Below are positions 29,666 through 40,888 of a stretch of DNA of 64,000 bases, piece by piece (position 1 is the stretch's first letter; every line of letters begins with the position of its first letter). A model generated the notes under the pieces. It saw only the letters and a program-made list of their open reading frames with translations. It was not told the origin of the DNA and ran no database searches. The position numbers and the translations under genes are program-made. This DNA is from Candidatus Planktophila sp. GTDB taxonomy: Bacteria > Actinomycetota > Actinomycetes > Nanopelagicales > Nanopelagicaceae. The stretch spans positions 6,430-70,429 of the forward strand of contig CAXNOC010000001.1 of the NCBI GenBank assembly GCA_964203745.1. Direction: 5' to 3'.

Positions 29666-30451
29666 ATGCCCAAGAAGCCTGTTAAGAAAGCCGTTGCAAA
29701 AAAGGCTCCTGCCAAGACGGCTGTAAAGAAGCCCGTTAAAAAAGCGGCCGCCACAAAAGCACCTGTAAAAAAAGCGGCCGTCAAAAAAGCGCCAGTCAAA
29801 AAAGCGCCTGTAAAGAAAGCAGTGGCAAAAAAGAGCGCCGTCCAATCTATTCCAGTAAAAAAAGCGGGCACCAAGGCATCTACGACTAAGACCACTCTGA
29901 CCGTTGATGAGAAATCTCAAACTGTTTCTGTTTCTACTGTAACTGCCCCTGTATTGGCCCCTGTGATTGAGGAGCGACGTTTAGTTATGCCGCCCCCACC
30001 GCGACCGGCAAAGAATGGTAAAAAAGCTGCGCCACTGAAACCAATCAAGAGTGCACCGACACCAATTGTTGTTAGTGAGTCCGAGACCCCGTGGACTCCT
30101 GCAGAGCTAAAAGTAATCCGCGCAGAGATTTCAAAAGAGCTTGAGCGCCTTCGCCGCGAGCTAGTAATTGTTGAACTCGAAATGGATTCACTTATCCAAG
30201 AGTCAGGTGAAGGCGCAGGGGATGACCAGGCCGACGCCGGAACAAAGACTTTCGAGCGCGAACATGAAATGTCACTAGTTATTAATGCGCGCGATATGGT
30301 TTTGCAGACTGAGCGCGCTCTGGATCGAATTGATTCAAAGCGCTATGGCTCATGCGAAGAGTGTGGCAATGCAATTGGTAAAGCACGTCTTCAAGTTTTC
30401 CCACGCGCCACTCTCTGCATGCTGTGCAAGCAGAAGGAAGAACGGCGCTAG
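29666..30451 (+). CDS. Histone H1-like N-domain fused to a TraR/DksA C4 zinc finger (Streptomyces DdbA-like)
   Basis: KKAP/KKAA/VKK repeats, then WTPAEL, coiled coil with GDDQADAG tip, CEECG...RL...PRATLCMLCKQ; sits between ileS and lspA. Confidence 0.88.
   Translation: MPKKPVKKAVAKKAPAKTAVKKPVKKAAATKAPVKKAAVKKAPVKKAPVKKAVAKKSAVQSIPVKKAGTKASTTKTTLTVDEKSQTVSVSTVTAPVLAPVIEERRLVMPPPPRPAKNGKKAAPLKPIKSAPTPIVVSESETPWTPAELKVIRAEISKELERLRRELVIVELEMDSLIQESGEGAGDDQADAGTKTFEREHEMSLVINARDMVLQTERALDRIDSKRYGSCEECGNAIGKARLQVFPRATLCMLCKQKEERR
29672..29890 (+). repeat. Degenerate 15-bp coding repeats (K-K-A-P/A-V pentapeptides)
   Basis: AAAAAAGCG(G/C)C(C/A/T)GT(A/C) units in tandem. Confidence 0.8.
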
Positions 30452-30933
30452 CAGTGCAAAGGTGGCGAACACTATTAAGTGTTGCCTGGTTTATCTGGAT
30501 CCTCGATTTAGCAACTAAGGCCTGGGCAGTAAGCCAACTCGCCAACCGCGAACCTATAAAAATTATAGGTAGTTTCTTTCAACTTACATTTGTTCGAAAT
30601 TCGGGTGCAGCATTTTCATTTGCGACAGGTGCGACGCTCTTTCTTTCTCTTTTCGGTATCGCTGTTCTAATCGGAATCCTTTACTTCGCTCCTCAGGTGA
30701 CATCACAGGGGTGGACGGTCGTACTTGGCCTCGTTATGGGCGGAATATTGGGAAATCTTATGGATCGCATTTTCCGCGAGCCTGGTTTGCTTAGGGGCCA
30801 TGTAATTGATTGGATGCAACTTCCACATTGGCCGATATTTAATATCGCCGATTCGGCAATTGTTTGTGCAGCATTGCTGTCGATGTATCTCTCAGCGCGT
30901 AACATTTCTCCCATAACTAAGAAGGGTCTCTGA
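30424..30933 (+). CDS. lspA: Lipoprotein signal peptidase II
   Basis: DLATK, RNSGAAFS, GNLMDR, VID and FNIADSAI. Start could be the GTG at 30454. Confidence 0.95.
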   Translation: MQAEGRTALAVQRWRTLLSVAWFIWILDLATKAWAVSQLANREPIKIIGSFFQLTFVRNSGAAFSFATGATLFLSLFGIAVLIGILYFAPQVTSQGWTVVLGLVMGGILGNLMDRIFREPGLLRGHVIDWMQLPHWPIFNIADSAIVCAALLSMYLSARNISPITKKGL

Positions 30934-30935
30934 AA

Positions 30936-31877
30936 ATGAGTAATCGAGAGTTACGGACATTGGCAGTGCCAGAAGGTGTTGCAGGCGAGCGAATTGATAG
31001 TGCACTTACTCGTGTATTAGGCCTATCTCGAACGGCAGTAGTAAAGCTTCTTGAAGATGGCGACATCACCACTTCAAATAGAGCAATGCTCAAATCTGAA
31101 CGAGTTAGTGCAGGTCAGGTAATTGAGGTTCTATTACCTGCCCCAATTAATACTGTCGCTATCCCTCTAACTCCCATTGATGGTTTGGAGATCGTTTATG
31201 AGGACAATGAGATCGTCGTCATAAATAAGCCGGTGGGATGCGCGGCGCACCCAAGTCCAGGTTGGACCGGACCTACCGTTGTTGGAGCGCTCAGTGCAGC
31301 GGGATTTATTATTTCGACAAGTGGTGCAGCAGAACGCCAAGGCATTGTCCATCGTTTAGATGTTGGAACAAGTGGATTGATGATTGTTGCAAAGAGTGAT
31401 CGCGCATTTACTGTTTTAAAAGATGCCTTTCGTACGCGTAGCGTTGAAAAAATTTATCACGCATTGATTCAAGGCCACATGGATCCAACTACAGGCACAA
31501 TCGATGCACCCATTGATCGCCACCCTAAAGAGGATCATCGATTCGCAGTCGTTGGAACTGGTAAAGAATCGATTACCCATTACGAGGTCATTGAGTTTTA
31601 CAGAGCTGTCTCCCTCGTCAAAGTAGAGCTAGAGACTGGTCGCACTCACCAGATTCGCGTGCACTTTTCTGCGCTTAATCATCCCTTGGTAGGGGACATG
31701 ACATATGGAGCGGATCCAGTTCTAGCCAAGAGCCTCGGAATGTCTCGTCCGTGGCTACATGCCAAGGAGCTGCGTTTTGACCACCCTATTACTGGCGAGA
31801 AACTCAACTTCACCGCCCCTTACCCAGCCGATCTGCAAGCATCTTTGGCGTTGCTATCTGATGCCGTGCTGCCTTAA
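30936..31877 (+). CDS. rluD: RluA/RluD family pseudouridine synthase with S4 domain
   Basis: INKPVG, GIVHRLDVGTSG, LETGRTHQIRVH and LHAKEL. Confidence 0.93.
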   Translation: MSNRELRTLAVPEGVAGERIDSALTRVLGLSRTAVVKLLEDGDITTSNRAMLKSERVSAGQVIEVLLPAPINTVAIPLTPIDGLEIVYEDNEIVVINKPVGCAAHPSPGWTGPTVVGALSAAGFIISTSGAAERQGIVHRLDVGTSGLMIVAKSDRAFTVLKDAFRTRSVEKIYHALIQGHMDPTTGTIDAPIDRHPKEDHRFAVVGTGKESITHYEVIEFYRAVSLVKVELETGRTHQIRVHFSALNHPLVGDMTYGADPVLAKSLGMSRPWLHAKELRFDHPITGEKLNFTAPYPADLQASLALLSDAVLP

Positions 31878-31897
31878 GCAATAGCCTTATATCAACT

Positions 31898-34800
31898 ATG
31901 CCAACCGACAATTTCGTTCACCTTCACGTTCACACCGAGTACTCAATGCTCGATGGTGCTGCGCGCGTTGGGGATTTAATGGATGAGGTTGCGCGCCAAG
32001 GTATGCCTGCCATTGCGATGACTGATCATGGAAATGTTTTCGCAGCATTTGATTTCTACAAGAGCGCCAAAAAAGCTGGAGTAAAGCCAATCATCGGGAT
32101 TGAGGCCTATGTTGCACCCGAATCGCGCCTTGATAAAAAGCGTGTGAAGTGGGCCGATGGCGGCGAAGATGATGTTTCCGGCGGCGGGGCATATACCCAC
32201 ATGACGATTCTTGCCGAGAACAATGTAGGACTGGGAAATCTCTTTCGCCTCTCATCACTTGCATCCCTCGAGGGCTATTACTACAAACCACGTATGGATC
32301 GCGAAATCTTGGCGAAGTATTCCACTGGATTAATCGCAACTACGGGGTGTCCTGGCGGCGAAGTTCAGACGCGGTTGCGCATGGGCGCTTATAAAGAGGC
32401 GATAAAAGCGGCAAGTGATTATCGCGATATTTTTGGAGCTGAGAATTTCTATTTAGAGATTATGGATCACGGGATTGAAATTGAATCCCGTGTGAAGGCA
32501 GACCTTCTCAAACTTGGCAAAGAGTTGGGACTGCCCTTGCTTGCCACAAATGATTTGCATTACACACTGCAAACAGATGCGCCTGCACACGAGGCTCTAC
32601 TCTGCGTTCAATCGGGATCTACTTTGGCCGATCCCAAGCGATTTAAATTCGATAACGATAGCTTCTACGTTAAAACTCCAGAGCAGATGCGTGAACTCTT
32701 TAAGGAGATACCTGAAAGCTGCGACAACACATTACTTATTGCAGAGCGCTGCAATGTAACTCTCCGAGAAGGTGAAAATCTTCTCCCTCAATTCAGGGTA
32801 CCTGCAGGCGAAACTGAGGACTCTTGGCTTAAAAAAGAGGCAGAGCGTGGGTTAATTCAGAGAATGGGATCACGGATAACTCCCGAACATAAATCCCGTC
32901 TTGCATATGAGCTCGGCGTTATGGAGAAGATGGGTTTTCCTGGTTACTTCTTAGTTGTAGCCGACCTAGTTGCCCATGCAAAGACAGTCGGTATTCGAGT
33001 AGGACCGGGCCGCGGATCTGCGGCGGGCTCTTTAGTTGCTTACGCCCTCGGAATTACAGGTCTTGATCCTCTTGAGCATGACCTACTCTTTGAGCGCTTC
33101 TTAAATCCAGAGCGTATTTCGATGCCTGATATCGATTTGGACTTCGATGAGCGCAGACGAAGTGAAATGATTCGATACGCAACAACTAAATATGGTGAAG
33201 ATCGCGTTGCACAGATCATTACCTACGGAACAATTAAATCTAAGCAGGCGATTAAAGATTCAACGCGCGTGCTCGGCTACCCGTACGTAGTGGGAGAAAA
33301 ATTAACTAAGGCGCTGCCACCTTCTGTTATGGGAAAAGATATTTCACTCAGCGGGGTTTTTAATCCTAAAGATGATCGCTATGGCGAAGCAGGCGAGTTT
33401 CGTACGCTCTATGAATCTGATCCCGACTCAAAACGTGTAGTTGATACTGCCCGTGGTCTTGAAGGATTAAAGCGACAGTGGGGTGTTCATGCTGCGGGAG
33501 TAATCCTTTCTCGCGAACCTCTTCTTGATGTTATTCCAATTCATCGCAGAGAGGCCGACGGAGCGATTATCACCCAGTTCGACATGGGCGCTTGCGAGGC
33601 GATAGGCCTTTTAAAGATGGATTTCCTGGGACTTAGAAATCTCTCGGTACTAGATGATGCACTTCTCAATATAAAAGCTAATCAAGGAATAGAGATCATC
33701 TTGGAGGATTTAACTCTCGATGATAAAAAAACATATGAGCTACTTTCCCGTGGAGATACTTTAGGAGTGTTTCAGCTAGATGGTGGACCAATGCGCGCAC
33801 TTCTTCGTGCGATGTCACCAGATTCTTTTCAAGATATTTCAGCTGTTATCGCGCTCTATCGACCAGGGCCAATGGGCGAAAATGCGCACAACAACTATGC
33901 AGATCGCAAGAATGGGCGCAAACCCGTTGAGGCTATTCATCCTGAACTCGTTGATGCACTCAAGGAAATTCTCGGAGATACATATGGTTTGATTGTTTAT
34001 CAGGAGCAGGTAATGGCGATTGCCCAAAAGGTCGCCGGCTTTTCACTAGGGCGCGCAGATTTATTGCGAAAGGCCATGGGTAAGAAAGATAAGAATATTC
34101 TCGATAAGGAATACATTCCATTTGAAGCCGGCATGAAGGCCAATGGATATTCCTCGGCATCGATTAAGAGGTTATGGGATGTTTTGATTCCTTTTTCAGA
34201 TTACGCCTTTAACCGTGCTCACTCGGCGGGTTATGGTGTTGTTTCTTACTGGACTGGATATCTTAAAGCTAATTATCCGACCGAATACATGGCGGCGTTA
34301 TTGACGAGTGTGCGCGATGATAAAGATAAATCAGCTCTGTATTTGAGTGAGTGTCGTCGCATGGGAATCAAGGTATTAGAGCCAGATATTAACGAATCAG
34401 ATGCTGAGTACACGCCGCGAGGAAACGATATTCGTTTTGGACTTGCCGCGATTCGTAATGTTGGCGAAGGTGTCGTTGGATCAATTAAGGCTGCACGTGA
34501 ATCAAAGGGACGTTTTACTTCATTTGGTGATTTCTTAGCAAAGGTTGATGCACAAGTTTGTAACAAGAAAACAATTGAGTCACTGATTAAAGCGGGAGCC
34601 TTCGGCTCTATGGGCGTAACACGTAAAGGTCTTATGGCGATCTACCTTGAAGCAATTGATTCAGTGATTGAAACTAAGCGAGCCGAAGCTATAGGTCAAT
34701 TTGATTTATTCGGTGGTGAGTCAGTTAGCCATGTAATTTCTCTTGATTTAGAGATTCCTAAGGGCGAATGGGACAAGGCGATGTTATTGAGTTACGAGCG

Positions 34801-35395
34801 AGAAATGCTGGGACTTTATGTCTCAGATCACCCGCTTCTCGGTGTTGAGCATGTTCTGCGCGCAAGTACCGATATGACAATTAGCGAGCTCGTCGACGAC
34901 GGCGCTCAAAGCGAATCGATTGTAACGATCGGTGGATTAATTACTGGAATCACTCGTAAAGTCTCAAGACAAGGCGCTTCGTGGGCCGTTGTGACCGTAG
35001 AAGATCTTGAGGGCTCACTGGAAGTTCTCTTCTTCTCCAAAACTTACAATCAATATTCGATGTCCCTGACCGAAGATCGAATCGTGACCATTAGAGGACG
35101 TGTTGATCGCCGTGAAGATACGTTGCGATTTACAGCCCTTGAAATGGCGATGCCCGATATATCGATGGGACCCACTGGTCCGCTTGTAATTTCCCTGCCG
35201 ATTTCTCAATGCACACCTCCAATTGTCGATCGGATTAAAGAGATTTTGCGCTCCCACCCTGGAAAGCGTGAAGTACATCTTCAACTGAGCGATAACGGAA
35301 GTAATACTTTTATGAAAATCGATGCTCTCATCACAGCATCACCTAGCTTAAGCGCGGATTTGAAATCAATTCTGGGTCCTAACTGCCTAGTTTAG
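31898..35395 (+). CDS. dnaE: Replicative DNA polymerase III alpha, DnaE1
   Basis: Intact PHP (HLHVHTEYSMLDG, TDHGN, TNDLHY), GRGSAAGS, MPDIDLDF and QFDLF clamp motif. Confidence 0.97.
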   Translation: MPTDNFVHLHVHTEYSMLDGAARVGDLMDEVARQGMPAIAMTDHGNVFAAFDFYKSAKKAGVKPIIGIEAYVAPESRLDKKRVKWADGGEDDVSGGGAYTHMTILAENNVGLGNLFRLSSLASLEGYYYKPRMDREILAKYSTGLIATTGCPGGEVQTRLRMGAYKEAIKAASDYRDIFGAENFYLEIMDHGIEIESRVKADLLKLGKELGLPLLATNDLHYTLQTDAPAHEALLCVQSGSTLADPKRFKFDNDSFYVKTPEQMRELFKEIPESCDNTLLIAERCNVTLREGENLLPQFRVPAGETEDSWLKKEAERGLIQRMGSRITPEHKSRLAYELGVMEKMGFPGYFLVVADLVAHAKTVGIRVGPGRGSAAGSLVAYALGITGLDPLEHDLLFERFLNPERISMPDIDLDFDERRRSEMIRYATTKYGEDRVAQIITYGTIKSKQAIKDSTRVLGYPYVVGEKLTKALPPSVMGKDISLSGVFNPKDDRYGEAGEFRTLYESDPDSKRVVDTARGLEGLKRQWGVHAAGVILSREPLLDVIPIHRREADGAIITQFDMGACEAIGLLKMDFLGLRNLSVLDDALLNIKANQGIEIILEDLTLDDKKTYELLSRGDTLGVFQLDGGPMRALLRAMSPDSFQDISAVIALYRPGPMGENAHNNYADRKNGRKPVEAIHPELVDALKEILGDTYGLIVYQEQVMAIAQKVAGFSLGRADLLRKAMGKKDKNILDKEYIPFEAGMKANGYSSASIKRLWDVLIPFSDYAFNRAHSAGYGVVSYWTGYLKANYPTEYMAALLTSVRDDKDKSALYLSECRRMGIKVLEPDINESDAEYTPRGNDIRFGLAAIRNVGEGVVGSIKAARESKGRFTSFGDFLAKVDAQVCNKKTIESLIKAGAFGSMGVTRKGLMAIYLEAIDSVIETKRAEAIGQFDLFGGESVSHVISLDLEIPKGEWDKAMLLSYEREMLGLYVSDHPLLGVEHVLRASTDMTISELVDDGAQSESIVTIGGLITGITRKVSRQGASWAVVTVEDLEGSLEVLFFSKTYNQYSMSLTEDRIVTIRGRVDRREDTLRFTALEMAMPDISMGPTGPLVISLPISQCTPPIVDRIKEILRSHPGKREVHLQLSDNGSNTFMKIDALITASPSLSADLKSILGPNCLV

Positions 35396-35446
35396 GCAAT
35401 AGTAATATCGCTCCAGCCATTAGCCGTTGACCCTTACAATTGCACA

Positions 35447-36757
35447 ATGATTCGGACTGTTGATCTTCGCGGGAGATTGCTGACGAAGGCTGGCTATCTG
35501 AGCCAACTCCCACGTGCATCCCTAGATGTGGCCGAAGCAATGCGCTTGATCGAGCCGATTTTAGAGCGCGTGAAAAATGGAGATGAAAATGATCTCATCG
35601 CTTTGGCTCAAGAGTTTGATGGCGTAACACCGTTAAGTATTCGCGTTCCGCAGGAAGCGTTAGATGCAGCCCTTGCATCATTGGAACCAGCCATTCGTAC
35701 CGCTCTCGAGTTATCGATCGAGCGAGTGAGAAAAGTTCATGCGGATCAAGTCCGTGAAGAAAAAACGACCGTTGTTGTTGATGGTGGATTAGTCAGAGAA
35801 AAGTGGATTCCAGTTGATCGTGTTGGCCTGTATGTCCCAGGGGGCCGCGCCGTATATCCAAGCAGTGTGATGATGAATGTTATTCCCGCTCAAATTGCAA
35901 AGACCCCATCTATTGCTGTGGCTTCACCACCGCAAAAGGATTTCAACGGTCTTCCTCATCCGACTATTTTGGCAACGTGCGCATTGCTTGGGATTACCGA
36001 GGTCTATGCAGTTGGTGGAGCACAAGCAATCGCACTTTTTGCATATGGCATGGAGGGCGTCGCCGAGAAGTGTGACTTAGTAACTGGACCTGGAAATATT
36101 TATGTAGCTGCAGCTAAGCGTGCCCTTCGTGGAATAGTCGGAATTGATTCAGAGGCCGGACCAACAGAGATTGCGATATTGGCCGATAAAATCGCAATAC
36201 CAGCCGATGTCGCCGCGGATTTAATTAGTCAGGCCGAGCATGATGTTATCGCTGCCGCTATTTTAGTGACCGATAGCCCAACTTTGGCCGATGCGGTTGT
36301 GGCCGAATTAAAGATTCGAGTTGCTGCTGCAAAACACTCAACGCGTATCCACGAAGCTCTCTCTGGTATTCAATCGGCGATTGTCTTAGTAGATTCAATC
36401 GAACAGGGAATCGATGTCGTAAATGCCTATGCCGCCGAGCATTTAGAGATTCAAACCGTAAATGCTCGCGCAGATGCAGAAAAGATTAGAAATGCAGGCG
36501 CTGTTTTTATTGGACGTTATTCACCAGTGTCACTAGGTGATTACTCTGCCGGATCAAATCACGTCTTGCCGACAGGTGGATGCGCATGCCACTCCAGCGG
36601 GCTCTCAGTTCAGAGCTTCCTTCGAGGTCTTCACTTCATCGAATACCAAAAAGAAGCCTTTTTGGATCTCGTACCGACCGTACTCACTCTCTCGAGCGCA
36701 GAAGATTTACCAGCGCATGGGCAAGCAATGTCAGCACGTTTAGAGAATTTGTCATGA
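35447..36757 (+). CDS. hisD: Histidinol dehydrogenase
   Basis: GLYVPGG, GGAQAIA, GPGNIYV, EAGPTE, SQAEHD and GSNHVLPT. Confidence 0.97.
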   Translation: MIRTVDLRGRLLTKAGYLSQLPRASLDVAEAMRLIEPILERVKNGDENDLIALAQEFDGVTPLSIRVPQEALDAALASLEPAIRTALELSIERVRKVHADQVREEKTTVVVDGGLVREKWIPVDRVGLYVPGGRAVYPSSVMMNVIPAQIAKTPSIAVASPPQKDFNGLPHPTILATCALLGITEVYAVGGAQAIALFAYGMEGVAEKCDLVTGPGNIYVAAAKRALRGIVGIDSEAGPTEIAILADKIAIPADVAADLISQAEHDVIAAAILVTDSPTLADAVVAELKIRVAAAKHSTRIHEALSGIQSAIVLVDSIEQGIDVVNAYAAEHLEIQTVNARADAEKIRNAGAVFIGRYSPVSLGDYSAGSNHVLPTGGCACHSSGLSVQSFLRGLHFIEYQKEAFLDLVPTVLTLSSAEDLPAHGQAMSARLENLS

Positions 36758-37839
36758 GTTGGCCCGCATGGCTTCCATTGCGAGAGGAGTTAGCGTCCTT
36801 GTCTCCATATGGCGCACCTCAACTTCCAGCCGATGCATCATTGAACACGAATGAAAATCCCTATCCACCATCATTGGCTTTGCAAGCAAGTATCGCTCTG
36901 GCAGTAGCCGATGTTGCCGGGACTCTTAATCGATACCCCGATCGCGATGCAAATCGGCTGCGTACAGAGTTAGCTAACTACATCAACGAAGCAAGCGATA
37001 CTCGATTTACTTCTCAAAATATTTGGGCGGCAAATGGAAGTAACGAGATTATTCAATCCCTCTTTCTAGCATTTGGTAGTGGGGTTGCACTTGGATTCAC
37101 ACCTTCATACTCGATGCACTCAATTATCGCTAACGTCACGGGCACCAACTGGTTGAGCGGTCAGCGAAACGCAGATTTCACATTTAATCTAGATAGCGCA
37201 GTCGCAGATATTGATGCGCATAAGCCCACGCTCACATTCATTACGACACCTAATAATCCAACAGGTGATGCCATCAGTATTAAAGATATTGCAACTCTGG
37301 CCGATGCAGTAGCGCTCCACGGTGGCTTGCTCGTCGTAGATGAGGCATACGCAGAGTTTTCTTCAGAACCCTCTGCGGTGGGCTTAATAGGTGCGCATCC
37401 TCATGTCGTAGTAATTCGCACGATGAGCAAGGCCTTTGCCTTTGCTGGAGCCCGAGTTGGCTATCTCGTTGCCGATTCAATTGTCGTTGATGCCATGTTG
37501 CTGGTTCGACTTCCATATCACTTAAGCGCAATCACTCAAGCGGCAGCCTTGGTCGCCCTCGATTACCGTGTCGAGCTCTTAGGTAATGTGGCAACACTTG
37601 TCACTGCACGCCAAGCTCTTGTCGCCGAACTCCACAGACTTGGCTTAACGACCTTACCTAGTGCGGCGAATTTCATACTTTTCACTGGTTTTAAAGCCAC
37701 TTCGACGCAGTTGTGGGATCAACTCCTTGAAAAGGGAGTTCTCATTAGGGATGTGGGATTATCGTCCTATCTTCGTGTGACCATCGGCACTGACGCCGAA
37801 AACAAAGCCTTTATCGATGCCTTAACCGAACTTCTGTAG
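36754..37839 (+). CDS. hisC: Histidinol-phosphate aminotransferase
   Basis: [28 protein letters not shown] and RTMSKAF. Start is the ATG at 36754 (ATGA overlap). Confidence 0.96.
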   Translation: MSWPAWLPLREELASLSPYGAPQLPADASLNTNENPYPPSLALQASIALAVADVAGTLNRYPDRDANRLRTELANYINEASDTRFTSQNIWAANGSNEIIQSLFLAFGSGVALGFTPSYSMHSIIANVTGTNWLSGQRNADFTFNLDSAVADIDAHKPTLTFITTPNNPTGDAISIKDIATLADAVALHGGLLVVDEAYAEFSSEPSAVGLIGAHPHVVVIRTMSKAFAFAGARVGYLVADSIVVDAMLLVRLPYHLSAITQAAALVALDYRVELLGNVATLVTARQALVAELHRLGLTTLPSAANFILFTGFKATSTQLWDQLLEKGVLIRDVGLSSYLRVTIGTDAENKAFIDALTELL

Positions 37840-37853
37840 AAAGCGAGAGCCCC

Positions 37854-38438
37854 ATGAGAACTGCAAGAATCGAACGAGAAACTAAAGAGTCATATGTTCT
37901 GGTTGAACTTAATTTAGATGGTCAAGGTGTGATCGACGTATCAACCGGTGTTCCATTCTTTGATCACATGATGTCCCAGCTTGGAAAACACTCGGGCTTT
38001 GATTTAACAGTGAAGACAAAGGGTGACATCGAAGTAGATTCCCATCACACTGTTGAAGACACCTCCTTGGCATTCGGACAAGCACTGCGCGAAGCCTTAG
38101 GGGACAAGGCAGGCATTCGCCGCTTTGGAGACTCGATGGTTCCACTCGATGAAGTTCTCGTTCAAGCTGCAGTTGATTTATCTGGCCGACCATATCTCGT
38201 ACATCGTCAGCCTGAAATAGTTGAGCTGATTGGAACTTTTGATACAACACTTGGCAAACATATTTGGGAGTCGATTGTTGCAGAGGCTCACATCGCCCTT
38301 CACATTCGTGTTCTTGAAGGACGCAATGCTCACCATGTTTTTGAGGCTCAGTTCAAGGCTGTTGCACGCGCACTACGCGATGCCGTTTCATTAGATGGAC
38401 GAGTAGCAGGAATTCCATCAACTAAGGGCTCTCTTTGA
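37854..38438 (+). CDS. hisB: Imidazoleglycerol-phosphate dehydratase
   Basis: FFDHM, DSHHTVED, NAHHVFEA and PSTKG. Confidence 0.97.
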   Translation: MRTARIERETKESYVLVELNLDGQGVIDVSTGVPFFDHMMSQLGKHSGFDLTVKTKGDIEVDSHHTVEDTSLAFGQALREALGDKAGIRRFGDSMVPLDEVLVQAAVDLSGRPYLVHRQPEIVELIGTFDTTLGKHIWESIVAEAHIALHIRVLEGRNAHHVFEAQFKAVARALRDAVSLDGRVAGIPSTKGSL

Positions 38439-39037
38439 TCGCAATTCTTGACTATGGCTCTGGAAACTTGCGATCGGCCGAACGCGCCTTTGCAACCAGC
38501 GGTCATGAAGTAGTAGTTACATCTGATGCACGTGTTGCAAGTGAGGCAGATGGACTCGTAGTTCCAGGAGTAGGTGCTTTCGCTTCATGCATGCAAGGCT
38601 TGAACTCAATAAATGGAGCAGAGATCATAAGAAAACGTCAGCTTGCCGAGCGTCCGACGCTTGGAATCTGTATAGGCATGCAGATTCTCTTTGCGCATGG
38701 CGATGAACATTCACTTGGAGAGCCGCATGCAGGAGTTGGAATATGGTCGGGAACAGTGAGCTCTATTGCCGCTCCGATTCTTCCCCATATGGGTTGGAAC
38801 ACGGTAGAAAGCCCGGCTAACTCTCGGCTTTTCTCAGGCGTTGAAAATGAGGCTTTTTACTTCGTGCACTCGTATGCCGCTAAAGAATCATCTGCAGCGA
38901 TTCAAACATGGACGACTTATGGCGAGAGATTTCTATCTGCCGTTGAAGATGGCTATGTAAGCGCAACACAGTTTCACCCTGAAAAATCGGGCGATGCTGG
39001 CTTAGCACTTATAAAAAATTGGAGTAAAACTTTATGA
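38435..39037 (+). CDS. hisH: IGP synthase glutaminase subunit
   Basis: DYGSGNL, PGVGAF, GICIGMQ, YFVHSY and QFHPEKS. Confidence 0.97.
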   Translation: MIAILDYGSGNLRSAERAFATSGHEVVVTSDARVASEADGLVVPGVGAFASCMQGLNSINGAEIIRKRQLAERPTLGICIGMQILFAHGDEHSLGEPHAGVGIWSGTVSSIAAPILPHMGWNTVESPANSRLFSGVENEAFYFVHSYAAKESSAAIQTWTTYGERFLSAVEDGYVSATQFHPEKSGDAGLALIKNWSKTL

Positions 39038-39759
39038 GGTATTTAGAGCTATTGCCTGCAGTCGATGTAAAAGATGGTCGCGCAGTTCGCTTGGTGCAGG
39101 GTGAGCTTTCGCGTGAGAGTATTTATGGAGCACCTCTTGAAGTAGCACTTGAATTCCAGAGCGCTGGAGCAGAGTGGATTCACTTAGTGGATTTAGATGC
39201 AGCCTTTGGGCGAGGCGATAACGCCCAACTCTTGGCGCAGGTTGTTGGAGCGTTGGATATTAAAGTCGAGCTCTCAGGTGGAATCCGAGATGATGAGTCG
39301 CTTAAGCGAGCTATTGCTACTGGATGCACACGCATTAACTTAGGCACCGCAGCCCTTGAAAATCCCGAATGGACTTCGCGCGTTATAGCCGAATACGGAG
39401 ATTTAATTGCAGTTGGCTTAGATGTACGCGGACAAACATTGGCTGCACGAGGATGGACAAGCGAAGGGGGAGATCTCTTCGAAACACTTGAACGTCTTGA
39501 TCGCGATGGTTGTGCGCGATATGTAGTTACAGATGTCGCTAAAGATGGAACCTTAACAGGACCAAATATTGAGTTACTAAAATCTGTCTGTGCTGCGACT
39601 TCTAGACCAGTTGTTGCGAGTGGGGGAATATCTAACCTCACCGACATCGCAGATTTAGCGGCGCTGACCTCGATAGGTATTGAAGGCGCAATCGTTGGTA
39701 AAGCTCTCTATGCCGGAGCGTTTACTTTGCAGGAAGCGCTAAAGGTTGCATCGGTATGA
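39034..39759 (+). CDS. priA: Phosphoribosyl isomerase A (bifunctional HisA/TrpF)
   Basis: [35 protein letters not shown] and ARGWT (PriA signature); no trpF in the adjacent trp genes. Confidence 0.93.
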   Translation: MRYLELLPAVDVKDGRAVRLVQGELSRESIYGAPLEVALEFQSAGAEWIHLVDLDAAFGRGDNAQLLAQVVGALDIKVELSGGIRDDESLKRAIATGCTRINLGTAALENPEWTSRVIAEYGDLIAVGLDVRGQTLAARGWTSEGGDLFETLERLDRDGCARYVVTDVAKDGTLTGPNIELLKSVCAATSRPVVASGGISNLTDIADLAALTSIGIEGAIVGKALYAGAFTLQEALKVASV

Positions 39760-40529
39760 CACTCTCGGTTCGAATAATTCCATGTCTAGATGTAACAGAT
39801 GGCCGTGTTGTTAAAGGCGTTAACTTTACAAACCTTGTCGATGCCGGTGATCCTGTTGAGATGGCAAGGCTCTATGGTTTAGAGGGCGCCGATGAACTTA
39901 CCTTCCTCGATATATCGGCAAGTAGTTCAGGTCGCGAAACGACGTTAGATATTGTTCGACGCACCGCCGAAGAGGTTTTCATTCCGCTCACAGTTGGCGG
40001 AGGTATTAGAAGCGTGGATGATGTTGACCGTCTCTTGCGAGCAGGCGCTGACAAGATTTCAATTAATACGGCGGCGATTGTTCGACCAGAGCTCATCGCC
40101 GAAATCGCTGATCGCTTCGGCTCGCAAGTCTTAGTTCTATCAGTTGATGCGCGTCGAGCCCGTACCGAGTCGGGCTTTGAAGTCACAACACATGGTGGGC
40201 GTGAAGGCACGCACATCGATGCACTGGCCTGGGTGGAGAGGGCATGTGCTCTTGGTGTCGGTGAGATTCTCTTGAATTCAATGGATGCCGATGGCACACG
40301 TGCCGGGTATGACATCGGAATGATTAGCGCGGTTCGAGCTGTATCAAAGGTTCCACTGATCGCCAGCGGGGGAGCGGGTGCCCTAGAAGATTTCGCTGCC
40401 GCCTTGGATGCAGGGGCCGATGCCCTGCTTGCAGCTAGCGTTTTCCACTTCGGCATCCATCGCATAAGAGATGTCAAGTCATATTTGGATTCACACAACT
40501 ATCCGGTGCGCGCCGTCGCACTCTCGTAA
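39756..40529 (+). CDS. hisF: IGP synthase cyclase subunit
   Basis: [34 protein letters not shown] and LAASVFH. Confidence 0.97.
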   Translation: MTLSVRIIPCLDVTDGRVVKGVNFTNLVDAGDPVEMARLYGLEGADELTFLDISASSSGRETTLDIVRRTAEEVFIPLTVGGGIRSVDDVDRLLRAGADKISINTAAIVRPELIAEIADRFGSQVLVLSVDARRARTESGFEVTTHGGREGTHIDALAWVERACALGVGEILLNSMDADGTRAGYDIGMISAVRAVSKVPLIASGGAGALEDFAAALDAGADALLAASVFHFGIHRIRDVKSYLDSHNYPVRAVALS

Positions 40530-40543
40530 GGCAGAATTACCCC

Positions 40544-40888
40544 ATGGCCATTCTTGATCCCGCAATCGCAGTATTACTCAAGGATCCAGGGGCTCTCATT
40601 CCCGCCATCGTTCAAGATTTCACAAGCCGTGAGGTTCTCATGCTCGCCTACATGAGCGCCGAGTCATTGGCTATGACAATCGAAAGTGGCAAAGCGACAT
40701 ATTGGAGTCGCAGTAGAAATGAAGTATGGGTTAAAGGAGCGACCTCAGGTCATTTTCAAGAGATCCATTCAATTTCTCTCGACTGCGACGGAGATGCACT
40801 TTTGCTAACCGTTACTCAATTAGGAGTGGCCTGTCACACCGGAAATGCAACTTGTTTTCACCAGCCAATTAATCGAGTTAGAAAATGA
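40544..40888 (+). CDS. hisI: Phosphoribosyl-AMP cyclohydrolase
   Basis: YWSRSR..W.KGATSGH, DCDGD and ACHTG...CF. Confidence 0.96.
   Translation: MAILDPAIAVLLKDPGALIPAIVQDFTSREVLMLAYMSAESLAMTIESGKATYWSRSRNEVWVKGATSGHFQEIHSISLDCDGDALLLTVTQLGVACHTGNATCFHQPINRVRK

Noticed and set aside
29566-29920. Two 109-aa minus-strand Phe-rich ORFs
   Set aside because: Antisense shadows of the Lys/Ala repeat region.
39180-40498. Long antisense ORFs (155 and 208 aa) opposite priA/hisF, and similar ones opposite pyk and livM
   Set aside because: In-register antisense frames caused by codon bias; no motifs or RBS.
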